Assembly: GCA_043804635.1 (NCBI GenBank)
Contig: JAZDIU010000079.1
Location: 1,125 to 65,124 of the forward strand
Direction of reading: 5' to 3'
DNA length: 64,000 nt
Origin: Chloroflexota bacterium
Lineage (GTDB): Bacteria > Chloroflexota > Dehalococcoidia > Dehalococcoidales > UBA2162
Made by a program: the position numbers and the translations under genes. This document shows, one piece after another, positions 52,843 to 62,046 of this stretch. How positions within the stretch are numbered: position 1 is the stretch's first letter; the number at the start of each line of letters is the position of its first letter. Below the pieces are notes generated by a model. It was given only the letters and a program-made list of their open reading frames with translations. It was not told the DNA's origin and made no database searches.

Positions 52843-53643
52843 CTATCCTTTCGCTCTGTAATAGACAGGGGCTGATTCCCCCAGGTCGTGCCACTGGATA
52901 TATTCCTCAGCCCTGGCGACACATCCGGTAACGCCCTTGGCATTCTGCTGGGCAAGGAAAATAGCCGCTTTCACCATTTTATCAGGGGTGGTCAGTTGCG
53001 ACTTGTCGTAGGTGGGCGGCAGGTTGAAGACGAACCCTTCCGAAGCAACGGGCTGTAACGGTTTGTAGCAGTTGACAGCGATATTATATTTGCTAAGTTC
53101 GGCGGCGACGGCTTCAGTGAAGTGCTCGACAGCAGCTTTTGCCGTGCCGTAGGCGGCGCCGGTAACACTGCCGACCCGGCGGACTGCGGCATCGGAACTG
53201 GTGTTGATAATGCTGCCGCCCTTCAGTTTTATCATCGTGGGCAGAACCGCTTTGATACAATTGTAAGTACCGTTAATATTGACGCCCATTACCAGATTCC
53301 AGCGCTTGAGCGTAGTGTCCACGAAGGGCCCGGGAGTAGCGACACCGGCATTGTTAACCAGGATATCTATCCGGCCCCACTCGTCCAACACTTTTTTGAC
53401 CATCGCCTGAACTTCAGTCTCTTCCATAATGTTAGTCTGAATGGCGATAGCTTTTCCGCCGGCGGCTTTAATCTCATCAGCAGTCTTGTTAATTGTGCCG
53501 GGTAAGCCGGACTTGAGCGCCTCTACGGTCCGGGCTACGATGGCAACTTTAGCTCCCTCTTTGGCAAAGCCAATGGCCACCGCTTTACCGATTCCCCGGC
53601 TGGCGCCGGTAACTATGGCAACTTTTCCATCAAGTACTCCCAT
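52843..53643 (-). CDS. Short-chain dehydrogenase/reductase (SDR)
   Basis: TGASRGIGKA, NNAG, YGTAKAA. Its stop lies 5 nt before the next SDR start. Confidence 0.85.
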   Translation of the reverse strand: MGVLDGKVAIVTGASRGIGKAVAIGFAKEGAKVAIVARTVEALKSGLPGTINKTADEIKAAGGKAIAIQTNIMEETEVQAMVKKVLDEWGRIDILVNNAGVATPGPFVDTTLKRWNLVMGVNINGTYNCIKAVLPTMIKLKGGSIINTSSDAAVRRVGSVTGAAYGTAKAAVEHFTEAVAAELSKYNIAVNCYKPLQPVASEGFVFNLPPTYDKSQLTTPDKMVKAAIFLAQQNAKGVTGCVARAEEYIQWHDLGESAPVYYRAKG

Positions 53644-53707
53644 TTTATCCTCCTTCTAATACGGATTCTTCGTCCTTCAGCCGAAGGACCCAGAATGACA
53701 AGCGAAG

Positions 53708-55195
53708 TTAAACTACCCATTTAGGCGGCCAGGGCGGTAATTCCTTCAGGAACGGGTGCTTTTCCCATCCCTTAATCCCGGCGACCCTCTTGGCAATAGA
53801 TTTATATTTCTCCCAATCGGCATAAGCATACATAGACATTATCTGAGCCGCCAGAGAGCCTTCGGCGTGAATGGTGGTGGCATCATGACCGTGACCGATG
53901 AGGTCCTTTACCATTCTAACGGCTTTTAGACGATCCTCAGTCGGGATACCATCCTTACCAGCGAGATACTTCTCGATGTAAGGTCTCTCCTCGGGATTAT
54001 TCCAGTCTTTGTAATTGAAAACTGTGCTGACGATACCACCGGCAATATCCGAGATGAGCTTGGAAACCTGGTGCTGGTCGTTAGCGAACATAAACTTCGC
54101 CATATTTATGTAGGTTATATTAGGCGACACCATGCCGATATCGGGGAATGTGTCCGGATGCTCGCAGCCGGCCTGGGCTAGAACATCGACTATCTGACAA
54201 TGGCAGGCAAGCCAGGCAAGTTTTTCTTGAATATGAGGATATCTATCGATGCCGTTATATTCCGCCATCAGAGCGGCAGCACCGGTCTCTTCTTCGGTGG
54301 ATATTACTTTGTGACAGGTGCCGTAAAGACGATGGAAAACGCCGAAGAGCCATGCCTGGTCTCTGGAGAACTCCCATTCGCCAGCCATAAAGACACGATT
54401 CCAGGGAATAAAAACGTCATCGAAGACCAGCATAACCTCGCTGATGCCAGCGGTACGCGAACTCACAGGCCAGTTCCAATCGGCTTCCTCGCCTATATCC
54501 TGGTAATAACCGGGTGAAGTAATCAATTTTAGACCTTTAGCATTCGCCGGAACGGCAAAGACCACAGCGTAGTCCTTATCTTCTTCACGGTGGGCACGGC
54601 AGGGCGAAACAATAAATTCATTGGCGGTGGGGCTGGCGCTGATGTGCATCTTGGCACCCCGCACCACGATGCCATCCTTTTTCTTATCGACGATTCTGAC
54701 ATAGAAGTCCTTGTGCTGAACCTGAGCCGACGGACGTAACCCACGGTTCCCCTTAACATCGGTAATAGCACCGGTGATTGCTGGATCGGTTTTCAGTAGG
54801 TGCTGATGATAATCTTTTATGGCATCCGAATAGTGAGTTCCCTTGGCTTTATCGATTCTGGCAGCGACGATGCCTGAGGCGGCAAGGGCATCGGGACCCA
54901 TACCGGGCATACGGGCGCCCATTCGCATAGTGTTAATATAGATTTGCCGGCGTCTAATCAGGTCTTCAGAAGATTTGGGCTGGTTAAAGAGGAACATTAT
55001 TTTTTCGCCCTTCTCCTCGGTAACGAGGAGCTTACTCCATTTGGGGTCGTTAGCCAAATGATAACTGAGGGCGACGCCGTTGATGCTTGCTTTGAATTTT
55101 GGGTGCTTGGTCATATCTTTTATTTTCTCACCCTCAAAATAAAGCGCCCGACCATCTCTTAAGCTTTCCACATACTGTTCCGGGGTCCTAATCAT
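53708..55195 (-). CDS. AbfD/HpaB-family flavoprotein (4-hydroxybutyryl-CoA dehydratase / 4-hydroxyphenylacetate 3-hydroxylase superfamily)
   Basis: 495 aa. MIRTPEQYVESLRDGRALYFEGEKI, TDVKGNRGLRPSAQ, DGIVVRGAKMH. It lacks the N-terminal CxxxC pair that I recall ligating the Fe-S cluster in clostridial AbfD. Confidence 0.75.
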   Translation of the reverse strand: MIRTPEQYVESLRDGRALYFEGEKIKDMTKHPKFKASINGVALSYHLANDPKWSKLLVTEEKGEKIMFLFNQPKSSEDLIRRRQIYINTMRMGARMPGMGPDALAASGIVAARIDKAKGTHYSDAIKDYHQHLLKTDPAITGAITDVKGNRGLRPSAQVQHKDFYVRIVDKKKDGIVVRGAKMHISASPTANEFIVSPCRAHREEDKDYAVVFAVPANAKGLKLITSPGYYQDIGEEADWNWPVSSRTAGISEVMLVFDDVFIPWNRVFMAGEWEFSRDQAWLFGVFHRLYGTCHKVISTEEETGAAALMAEYNGIDRYPHIQEKLAWLACHCQIVDVLAQAGCEHPDTFPDIGMVSPNITYINMAKFMFANDQHQVSKLISDIAGGIVSTVFNYKDWNNPEERPYIEKYLAGKDGIPTEDRLKAVRMVKDLIGHGHDATTIHAEGSLAAQIMSMYAYADWEKYKSIAKRVAGIKGWEKHPFLKELPPWPPKWVV

Positions 55196-55293
55196 CGTAG
55201 CCTCCTTTTATTTTTAAATAACGCTCGTAAAAATACGAACTGCGCAGTTGCTCAGTATAAGAAGTTAACTGCTCTTTGTCAAGAGTAAAAGGG

Positions 55294-55324
55294 TTGACAA
55301 TCATTCCCAATCGGGGTGTATCAT
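55294..55324 (+). promoter_or_regulatory. Candidate promoter of paralog A (TTGACA, 19 nt spacer, TATCAT)
   Basis: The block TTGACAA...CGGGGTGTATCATTAGGC recurs upstream of paralog B as TTGACAA...CGGGTGTATGATTAAGGC. Confidence 0.4.
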
Positions 55325-55351
55325 TAGGCAGGCTGAATTAAGGAGGGAAAA

Positions 55352-56905
55352 TTGAGTAAACGTTTAGATAAAGTTAAGTTAGTAAAAGGGCGGCAGTGGG
55401 AGCGGCAGGACCCTATAGATAACATCGGGGTATCTACTTATGTTTTAATCAAGGATGCGATTCAAGAAGGAAGAAACGATCTGGCTAAAGATTTAGCCGA
55501 TTACGTTTACTTCTGGGAGACCAAGTTCGCCCGCGATACCAATTTCGACTTGATTGCGGGCTGGCCCGAATTTGTCAGAATCAACTACGGCGAGTATGCG
55601 GAAATCGAAGACCAGAGAGCGGCGATGATACAGACACGTATGTGGAAATTGCCGTTTACCGAAAAGCCTACCGTCCAGAAACGCGAGCAAAGCCCTTACG
55701 ATTACACTATGGGATACGGGTGGAGGATGTTGAAATACCACCGGATGGGGAAAAACGATGGAGCCGGCGGGTTTACTATCGAGGAATATCCAGACAGATA
55801 TGAGTTCGTCTGGGACCCGTGCTACAGCGGCGGGAGGCCGAGACGTGGCGACCCCGTTACCGGCACTCCGCCACGAACGAGTCCGCTCTATACCGGCAAT
55901 CAGGTACCACATCCCTGGTCGTGGGGGAAGACAGGAGTCCCCGGCTATTGTATGCACTGTGCCCTCATTCACAATATTATGGATGTCGAGCAGAGGGGAT
56001 ACTTGCAGTGGGCTTCGGGGTATCCCGACGACCCCTGGAAGCCCTGCACATACATCGCCTACAAAGATGTCGACTGGATTCCCGAGGAATACTATACACG
56101 AATTGGGAGAACTAAACCGAAGGTAACTTCGACCGCACCCAGACCAAAAGACGTGAACAAGCTAATCAGGGTGATACATTCGGACGAACTGGGACCGGAG
56201 TGGGTGCCGACGCTCACTATGCTGAAGAAAGCTATCGATGCCGGGAAAAAGAAGGAGGCTCTAAAGATTGTAGACCAGATGCGTGACGAAATGGGACGGA
56301 TCAGTATGCTTATCTGGAACTGGTCTTGGATGGAATTAATTATAGAGAAATATGGCTACAACGAGCTTTACCATGCTTTGAGGTCGATCCCCTGTTCATA
56401 CGCACTACCACCGGCTCCTGAGGAGCCAAGACCGACCAAAGCCGACATACCCAATGCCGAGGAACGGGCACGGAGAGGCGCGTTATGGGGCAGGTCCGAC
56501 CGAAGCGGTCCAAATGCCGATTGTTCGGTCAACATCATCGACGAGCCGGATAGAGTTGTAATGGAACTCGCTCCCTGCGGCAGCGGCGGACGAGGTCTGA
56601 TGACGATAGATACGCCCGGGATGGAGAGGGGACCTGTGACTGGAAACCCATGGAATTTCAAGACAACACCCGTAGCTCACCCTGTCGCCTGGAACAAGGT
56701 AGGAGTTCCCAATTATTGTGCCCGTTGCTGCGTCCATATGGAGATGGGGTCTTTATCGCGATACGGTTATCTTACCACAGTCATAGAGCGTCCGGAGAAT
56801 GCCACCGACCCGAATTGCCGGTGGTTCTTCTACAGGGACGTGGACGATATTCCCGAGAAATACTACACAAGGATTGGGGCTAAGAAACCGGCGAGGCAGA
56901 AATAG
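55352..56905 (+). CDS. Unknown-family protein, paralog A (517 aa): internally duplicated, 2 x 4 invariant Cys
   Basis: TTG start after AAGGAGGG. Begins MSKRLDKVKLVKG... Motifs are DPCYSGGR...YCMHC...PCTYIAYKDVDWIPEEYYTRIG and APCGSGGR...YCARCC...NCRWFFYRDVDDIPEKYYTRIG. Confidence 0.8.
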   Translation: MSKRLDKVKLVKGRQWERQDPIDNIGVSTYVLIKDAIQEGRNDLAKDLADYVYFWETKFARDTNFDLIAGWPEFVRINYGEYAEIEDQRAAMIQTRMWKLPFTEKPTVQKREQSPYDYTMGYGWRMLKYHRMGKNDGAGGFTIEEYPDRYEFVWDPCYSGGRPRRGDPVTGTPPRTSPLYTGNQVPHPWSWGKTGVPGYCMHCALIHNIMDVEQRGYLQWASGYPDDPWKPCTYIAYKDVDWIPEEYYTRIGRTKPKVTSTAPRPKDVNKLIRVIHSDELGPEWVPTLTMLKKAIDAGKKKEALKIVDQMRDEMGRISMLIWNWSWMELIIEKYGYNELYHALRSIPCSYALPPAPEEPRPTKADIPNAEERARRGALWGRSDRSGPNADCSVNIIDEPDRVVMELAPCGSGGRGLMTIDTPGMERGPVTGNPWNFKTTPVAHPVAWNKVGVPNYCARCCVHMEMGSLSRYGYLTTVIERPENATDPNCRWFFYRDVDDIPEKYYTRIGAKKPARQK

Positions 56906-56997
56906 AAATTCGGAATTCGAATCCTTCGGCAAGCTCAGGACAGGTATTGAAATACGAAACAAATTCAAAACCACAGATCAAAAGTTAAAAAATGACT

Positions 56998-57073
56998 GGA
57001 TTCCGGCTTCCGCCGGAATGACAAAGATACCCACCTCCGCCACCGGACGGGCGGGTTAGAAACCCGCCCCTAC
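56998..57073. repeat. Cluster of REP-like palindromes between paralogs A and B
   Basis: ggattccggcttccgccggaatgac (56998-57022) and gggcgggtt-aga-aacccgccc (about 57049-57069). Confidence 0.6.
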
Positions 57074-57110
57074 GAAATCGGATTGGTCTCGCAATGGCAT
57101 TAGAAAAAGT

Positions 57111-57141
57111 TTGACAACGTTTAGCGTAGCGGGTGTATGAT
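57111..57141 (+). promoter_or_regulatory. Candidate promoter of paralog B (TTGACA, 19 nt spacer, TATGAT)
   Basis: Same geometry and flanking bases as the element at 55294-55324. Confidence 0.4.
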
Positions 57142-57236
57142 TAAGGCGATTGTAGGCACATACGTAAGTAATACGCACGATAGCCGATGAATGCTCGGAG
57201 ATATTTAAAATTATAGAAGGAGGTAAGGAATAAATA

Positions 57237-58901
57237 ATGAGCAAACGGCTGGATAAGGTCAAATTAGTCAAGGGGTTCAAGTGGGAAAGACAGGACGACC
57301 TGGATAATCAGGGAGTCCCGACCTACGACCTCGTCAAGGATGCGATAAAAGAGGGCAAGACCGACATAGCTAAAGACCTGCTGGATTATTTGTACTTCTG
57401 GGAGATTAAGTTCGTCCGCGACTCAAACATCGACATCGTTGGGGGGTTCCCGCAGTTCTGGATGACCAGATATGGCGAGGAGCAGCTCTTCGATGTTTAC
57501 TGGGAATTGCTCTGCCGGCAACGCGGCGTGGCTTCCTGGCCTGTCCCACCGGTTGGACTAAAACACCGCCAGATGACCGGTTTCGACTACGCTATGGAGC
57601 ACGCTATCTGGATGGTTAGACCCCACCGGATGGGCCGATTAGATGGAACAGGCGGATTCGTCCTAGAAGAATACGAAGACAGGTATGAAGTGGTCTGGGA
57701 CCCATGCTATACAGGCGGCCGGACCAGACGGGGCGACCCAATTGCCAGTATGCCGCCGCACACGGCGCCACCATTTAACTATGCGACGAACAAAGTCCCA
57801 CACCCCTGGACGTGGGGCAAGACTGGAGTAACCGGTTACTGCATACACTGCACGTTACTGCACGAGCTAATGGACGTAGCACAGACGGATGGATATTTAG
57901 GACAGTGGGTCAGCGGCTATCCAGAAAATCCCTGGGACCCCTGCCGCTATATTACCTATAAGAATGTCGACTGGATTCCGGAGAAATATTATACGAGGCT
58001 CGGCAAAACCAAACCCAAGCCAAAGGCACCAATCCCCAAGTTCAAGGATGTAACCAAACCTATTAAAGTTACCCATTCACACGAACTGGGACCGTTCTGG
58101 AAAGTTACCGATGGTGAGCACTGGATGAACTTCGTCCCCAGAATAAAGAAAGCACTGGACGAGGGCAAAAAAGCGAAAGCCTTAAAGCTTGTCGATATGC
58201 TGCGGGCAGAGACAGCTCTCTGGCACGCCCGATACCCGATCAGATGGAACTGGTCGTGGATAGACCTGGTTATCGAAAGATTCGGTTACGACGAGGTACA
58301 TTACGCTCTAAGGTCGCTTTATTCCCGAATGGAACCACCGCTGGCGCCGGACGAGCCGAAGCTAACCAAAGACCAGATTCCAAGTGCCGAAGTAAGAGCC
58401 AAGAAGGCAGCCGCCTGGGGCAGAGGCGACCTCAGCGGACCCAACTCCGAAGGCTCGGTCAAAATCATCGACGAACCAGACCGGATTGTAATGGAGCTTA
58501 ATCCCTGCGGCAGCGTGGGACGAAACCTGCTGCCAATGGATAAAGTGGACGACCTCACCGCCGAGATAATCAAAGAACTGGTGCTGCCCGCAGGACCCGC
58601 TTACTCAGGGCCAAGAGGGCCGTTAACGGAAGCACCCTTCAACTACAAGGTAACCACCAAAGCCCATCCAATAGGCTGGGGCAAGGTGGGCATACCCAAC
58701 CTCTGCACACGGTGCTGCGTCCAGTTCGAGATGGACGCGGTAGCCCGCACCGGATACCTCACCACCGTTATCGAGCGGCCAGAGAATGCCACCGACCCAA
58801 ATTGCCGCTGGTTCTTCTACAAGAACTTGGACGATATCCCGGAAAAGTACTACACCAGAATCGGGATGAAGAAACCAGCCCGCCAGGCAAAAAAGAAATA
58901 A
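57237..58901 (+). CDS. Unknown-family protein, paralog B (554 aa)
   Basis: MSKRLDKVKLVKGFKWERQD...; DPCYTGGR...YCIHC...PCRYITYKNVDWIPEKYYTRLG; NPCGSVGR...LCTRCC...NCRWFFYKNLDDIPEKYYTRIG. Confidence 0.8.
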   Translation: MSKRLDKVKLVKGFKWERQDDLDNQGVPTYDLVKDAIKEGKTDIAKDLLDYLYFWEIKFVRDSNIDIVGGFPQFWMTRYGEEQLFDVYWELLCRQRGVASWPVPPVGLKHRQMTGFDYAMEHAIWMVRPHRMGRLDGTGGFVLEEYEDRYEVVWDPCYTGGRTRRGDPIASMPPHTAPPFNYATNKVPHPWTWGKTGVTGYCIHCTLLHELMDVAQTDGYLGQWVSGYPENPWDPCRYITYKNVDWIPEKYYTRLGKTKPKPKAPIPKFKDVTKPIKVTHSHELGPFWKVTDGEHWMNFVPRIKKALDEGKKAKALKLVDMLRAETALWHARYPIRWNWSWIDLVIERFGYDEVHYALRSLYSRMEPPLAPDEPKLTKDQIPSAEVRAKKAAAWGRGDLSGPNSEGSVKIIDEPDRIVMELNPCGSVGRNLLPMDKVDDLTAEIIKELVLPAGPAYSGPRGPLTEAPFNYKVTTKAHPIGWGKVGIPNLCTRCCVQFEMDAVARTGYLTTVIERPENATDPNCRWFFYKNLDDIPEKYYTRIGMKKPARQAKKK

Positions 58902-58908
58902 GGTTAAG

Positions 58909-58937
58909 ACGAGTCCTCGCAAAAAGCGAGGACTCGT
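58909..58937 (+). terminator. Hairpin plus T-rich tail between paralogs B and C
   Basis: acgagtcctcgc-aaaaa-gcgaggactcgt followed by TATTTAT. Confidence 0.55.
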
Positions 58938-58968
58938 TATTTATAAGCAATAAAAGAAGGAGGTGTAA

Positions 58969-60567
58969 ATGTCCAAGCGTCTGGATAAGGTTAAACTGGT
59001 AAGAGGAAAACCGTGGGAAAGAATGGACTCCCTGGATAACATCGGGGTGTCCACGTATGGGCTCATCAAGGACGCCATAAAGGAAGGGCAAAACGAACTG
59101 GCTAAGGACCTGATAGATTACCTTTATTTCCGCGAGATTAAGTTCGTCCTCGACGCCAATATCGATTTGGTCGGGGGATTCCCCCAGTTCATGATGACTC
59201 ACTATGGCGAAGATGAGCTATATGGTGATTATAAAGACCTTCTAGTGCGTAACCGCGGGCTGACCAAATGGCCGATGCCGCCAGTCAAGAAACGGGATAT
59301 CAGCAACGTAGAATGGGCTTTCGATTACGCCGCCAGAATGCTGAGACTACACCGGATGGGTAAAATGGATGGGACGGCCGGTGTCAATATCAACGAATAT
59401 GAAGATAGGGTCGAAATTCTCTGGGACCCATGCTATACCGGCGGCCGGACCAGACGGGGCGACCCGATTGCGAGTATGCCCGCCCACACAGCACACCCCT
59501 TCAATTATACAACCAATAAGCTCCCGCACTTCTGGACGGGGGGTATGACCGGAGTAACCGGGTACTGCATTCATTGCTTTATCCTCCATATGATAATGGA
59601 CTACGAGCAGACAGGCTACTTAGGACAGTGGATTGTCGGTTACCCGGAGAATCCCTGGGAACCGTGCCCCTATATCGCCTATAAGGACACCGACTGGATT
59701 CCGGCGAAATACTATGAGATAGTCGGGGCAAAAAAGCCTAAGGTGATGTCAAAGAAACCGGCACCCAAAAACCCGAAACTTATTAGAACGTACCATTCGG
59801 ACGAGCTTGGTCCACGCTTTATAAACTCGGTACCGCTCTTGAGAAAAACCATCGATGCGGGCAAAAAAGAAGAGGCATTAAAGCTGGTAGACCGGATGGA
59901 TGCCGAGAGACGGATTCACCGATATCCCCTGACCTGGAACTGGGGATGGTCGGACACTATCGTGAGAAAGCACGGCTATAATGAGCTTTATCACGCCATA
60001 AGGTCGCTTTATTCCCGATACGAGCCGCCGCTGGAAGCGGGAGAACACAGGCCTACGAAGTCGGAACTGCCGAGCGCTGAAGACAGGGTACGGAAAGCGG
60101 CCCTCTGGGGCAGAGGCGACCGCAGCGGTCCCGACGAGAGCTCGGTCAAAATCGTCGACGAGGGTAGCCGGTATGTAATGGAGCTTAATCCGTGCGGCAG
60201 CGTGGGGAGAGGCTTAATGAGCTGGGATTCACTGGACCCGGTCACCGCAGCAGTCGCTAAAGACTTGAAGGTAACCGGAATCGAGAGGGGACCTTATACC
60301 AAATCTCCTTTCAATTTCGGAGTATCAACAGAGCGTCATCCGGTACTGTGGAACAAGTTGGGCGTTCCTCACGCCTGTGCCCGAAGCTGCGTCCATTTCG
60401 AGACATCCGCAGTAGCCAAACATGGATATCTCACCACGGTAATAGAACGCTCCGAGGACCCTGAAGACCCGAATTGCCGCTGGTTCTTCTATAAGGACCT
60501 GGACGATGTTCCTGAGAAATTCTACACCCGGATTGGGGCGAAGAAGCCGCCCCTGTCAAAGAAGTAG
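58969..60567 (+). CDS. Unknown-family protein, paralog C (532 aa)
   Basis: AGGAGGTG SD. MSKRLDKVKLVRGKPWERMD...; DPCYTGGR...YCIHC...PCPYIAYKDTDWIPAKYY; NPCGSVGR...ACARSC...NCRWFFYKDLDDVPEKFYTRIG. Confidence 0.8.
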   Translation: MSKRLDKVKLVRGKPWERMDSLDNIGVSTYGLIKDAIKEGQNELAKDLIDYLYFREIKFVLDANIDLVGGFPQFMMTHYGEDELYGDYKDLLVRNRGLTKWPMPPVKKRDISNVEWAFDYAARMLRLHRMGKMDGTAGVNINEYEDRVEILWDPCYTGGRTRRGDPIASMPAHTAHPFNYTTNKLPHFWTGGMTGVTGYCIHCFILHMIMDYEQTGYLGQWIVGYPENPWEPCPYIAYKDTDWIPAKYYEIVGAKKPKVMSKKPAPKNPKLIRTYHSDELGPRFINSVPLLRKTIDAGKKEEALKLVDRMDAERRIHRYPLTWNWGWSDTIVRKHGYNELYHAIRSLYSRYEPPLEAGEHRPTKSELPSAEDRVRKAALWGRGDRSGPDESSVKIVDEGSRYVMELNPCGSVGRGLMSWDSLDPVTAAVAKDLKVTGIERGPYTKSPFNFGVSTERHPVLWNKLGVPHACARSCVHFETSAVAKHGYLTTVIERSEDPEDPNCRWFFYKDLDDVPEKFYTRIGAKKPPLSKK

Positions 60568-60575
60568 AATCAAGG

Positions 60576-60634
60576 TTCTTCACCCGAAGGATGGTTCGAC
60601 AAACTCACCACGAACGGGTCCTTCGGGTGAAGAA
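60576..60634 (+). terminator. Long hairpin after paralog C (16-bp perfect stem, structured 27-nt loop)
   Basis: ttcttcacccgaagga...tccttcgggtgaagaa followed by AAAATTC. It is more REP-like than a classical terminator. Confidence 0.45.
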
Positions 60635-60774
60635 AAATTCTCTAATACGCCTCCCCTTTGTAAAAGGGGAAATAAGGGGGATTTTCAAGACTGATGAAAA
60701 GAAAATCCCTCTCAATCTCCCTTTAAGAAAGGGAGAAGTTAGTTTTAAATTATAAACAACCAGGGGGTAACGTT

Positions 60775-62025
60775 ATGTCGAAATCAGTCGTCTCTATAGT
60801 CAAAGGCACGAACGCCGAGAAAATGGTGGAGGAAGCTCTTAACCTGCTGGGCGGCGTTACTAATTTGATAAGGCCCGGCTCGAGCGTGGTCATCAAACCT
60901 AACGCCATCGGCGGGTATCCACCGGAACGTGCCGGGGACACCAGTCCGGCAGTAATCAGCGCCGTCATCAAAGAACTGCGTAAAGCCCAGCCGAAAGAGA
61001 TTATTATGGCTGAGTCAGGCGGCGGGACGAAGGACACAATGGACTCGATGACCACAAACGGTCAGAAGAAAGCCGCCGAAGATGCGGGTATCGACCGTAT
61101 TGTCGATATCAAAAAAGAGAAAGACCTGATAAGGATACCAATCCGCGACCACAGGTCGGCTATGGAGTTCCTAGACCTGCCTAGATTTCTAGTCGAAGCC
61201 GACCACGTCGTGAATCTACCTATCTTTAAGACACACGTCAGTATGGTCTTCACCTGCGCTCTGAAGAATATGAAAGGAATCGTCCAGGGACTGGTCCACT
61301 TCCAGATGCACCAGACGGACCTCGTTCAAGGGATGCTGGACTTATGGTCTATCTTCAAATCCGATCTGGCAATAGTGGATATGATTCGCCCCGGAGAGGG
61401 CTATGGGCCTCTTGCCGCAATGCCGACCGATTTCGGCTGTATCGTCGCCGGCAAAGACCCAGTGGCGGTAGATGCTACCTGCTGCCGGATGACCGGCGTC
61501 GATATGTGGAAGGTGCCCTTCTTCGAGCCTGCCCATCAGCGAGGTATCGGCACTTATGATGAAAAGGAAATCGAGATTCGCGGCAAGCAAATAAAAGACG
61601 TTTATAAGCAGTTATGGGTGCCCTATCTGGAAGGGTTCGGCGAATATCCGGAATATAACGTCATTTCTAAAGGAGCCTGTGCTCTCTGCGAGAGCCTGAC
61701 TGCCTATAGCCTGGAGAGAATGATACCGACCGGCGATTACGATAAGAACAAGGGCATTACCATCATTATGGGTAAGGACGCCAAGCCGCCTAAGGGCGTG
61801 AAACCGCGCGACCTTATTATTATGGGCGACTGCGTTCCCAAACAATACCGCGACCAGGGTATATTCGTCTGGGGATGCCCTCCACTGGAAATGTTCCCGA
61901 CGTGGCCGATAATCGACCGAGAGGTAGAAAAGGGTCCGCCCTGGAAAAGAAACTACCGGGAAGAGACTCCTCCTTTCCTGGAGTATCTGAAGAAAAAGAG
62001 AGAACGGTCTAAAAAGAAGAGCTAA
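60775..62025 (+). CDS. DUF362 domain-containing protein
   Basis: 416 aa. The GSSVVIKPNAIGGYPPERAGDTSPAVISAVIKEL and PIFKTHVSMVFTCALKNMKG patterns fit DUF362 as I remember it. The C-terminus is Cys-rich (CALCES, GDCVP, WGCPP). Confidence 0.65.
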   Translation: MSKSVVSIVKGTNAEKMVEEALNLLGGVTNLIRPGSSVVIKPNAIGGYPPERAGDTSPAVISAVIKELRKAQPKEIIMAESGGGTKDTMDSMTTNGQKKAAEDAGIDRIVDIKKEKDLIRIPIRDHRSAMEFLDLPRFLVEADHVVNLPIFKTHVSMVFTCALKNMKGIVQGLVHFQMHQTDLVQGMLDLWSIFKSDLAIVDMIRPGEGYGPLAAMPTDFGCIVAGKDPVAVDATCCRMTGVDMWKVPFFEPAHQRGIGTYDEKEIEIRGKQIKDVYKQLWVPYLEGFGEYPEYNVISKGACALCESLTAYSLERMIPTGDYDKNKGITIIMGKDAKPPKGVKPRDLIIMGDCVPKQYRDQGIFVWGCPPLEMFPTWPIIDREVEKGPPWKRNYREETPPFLEYLKKKRERSKKKS

Positions 62026-62046
62026 GGTATAAAAAGGCAGATAGTA

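Noticed and set aside
53708-55195. Annotating the flavoprotein as a genuine 4-hydroxybutyryl-CoA dehydratase
   Set aside because: The N-terminal CxxxC Fe-S ligand pair that I recall for AbfD is missing. Only a superfamily-level call is justified.
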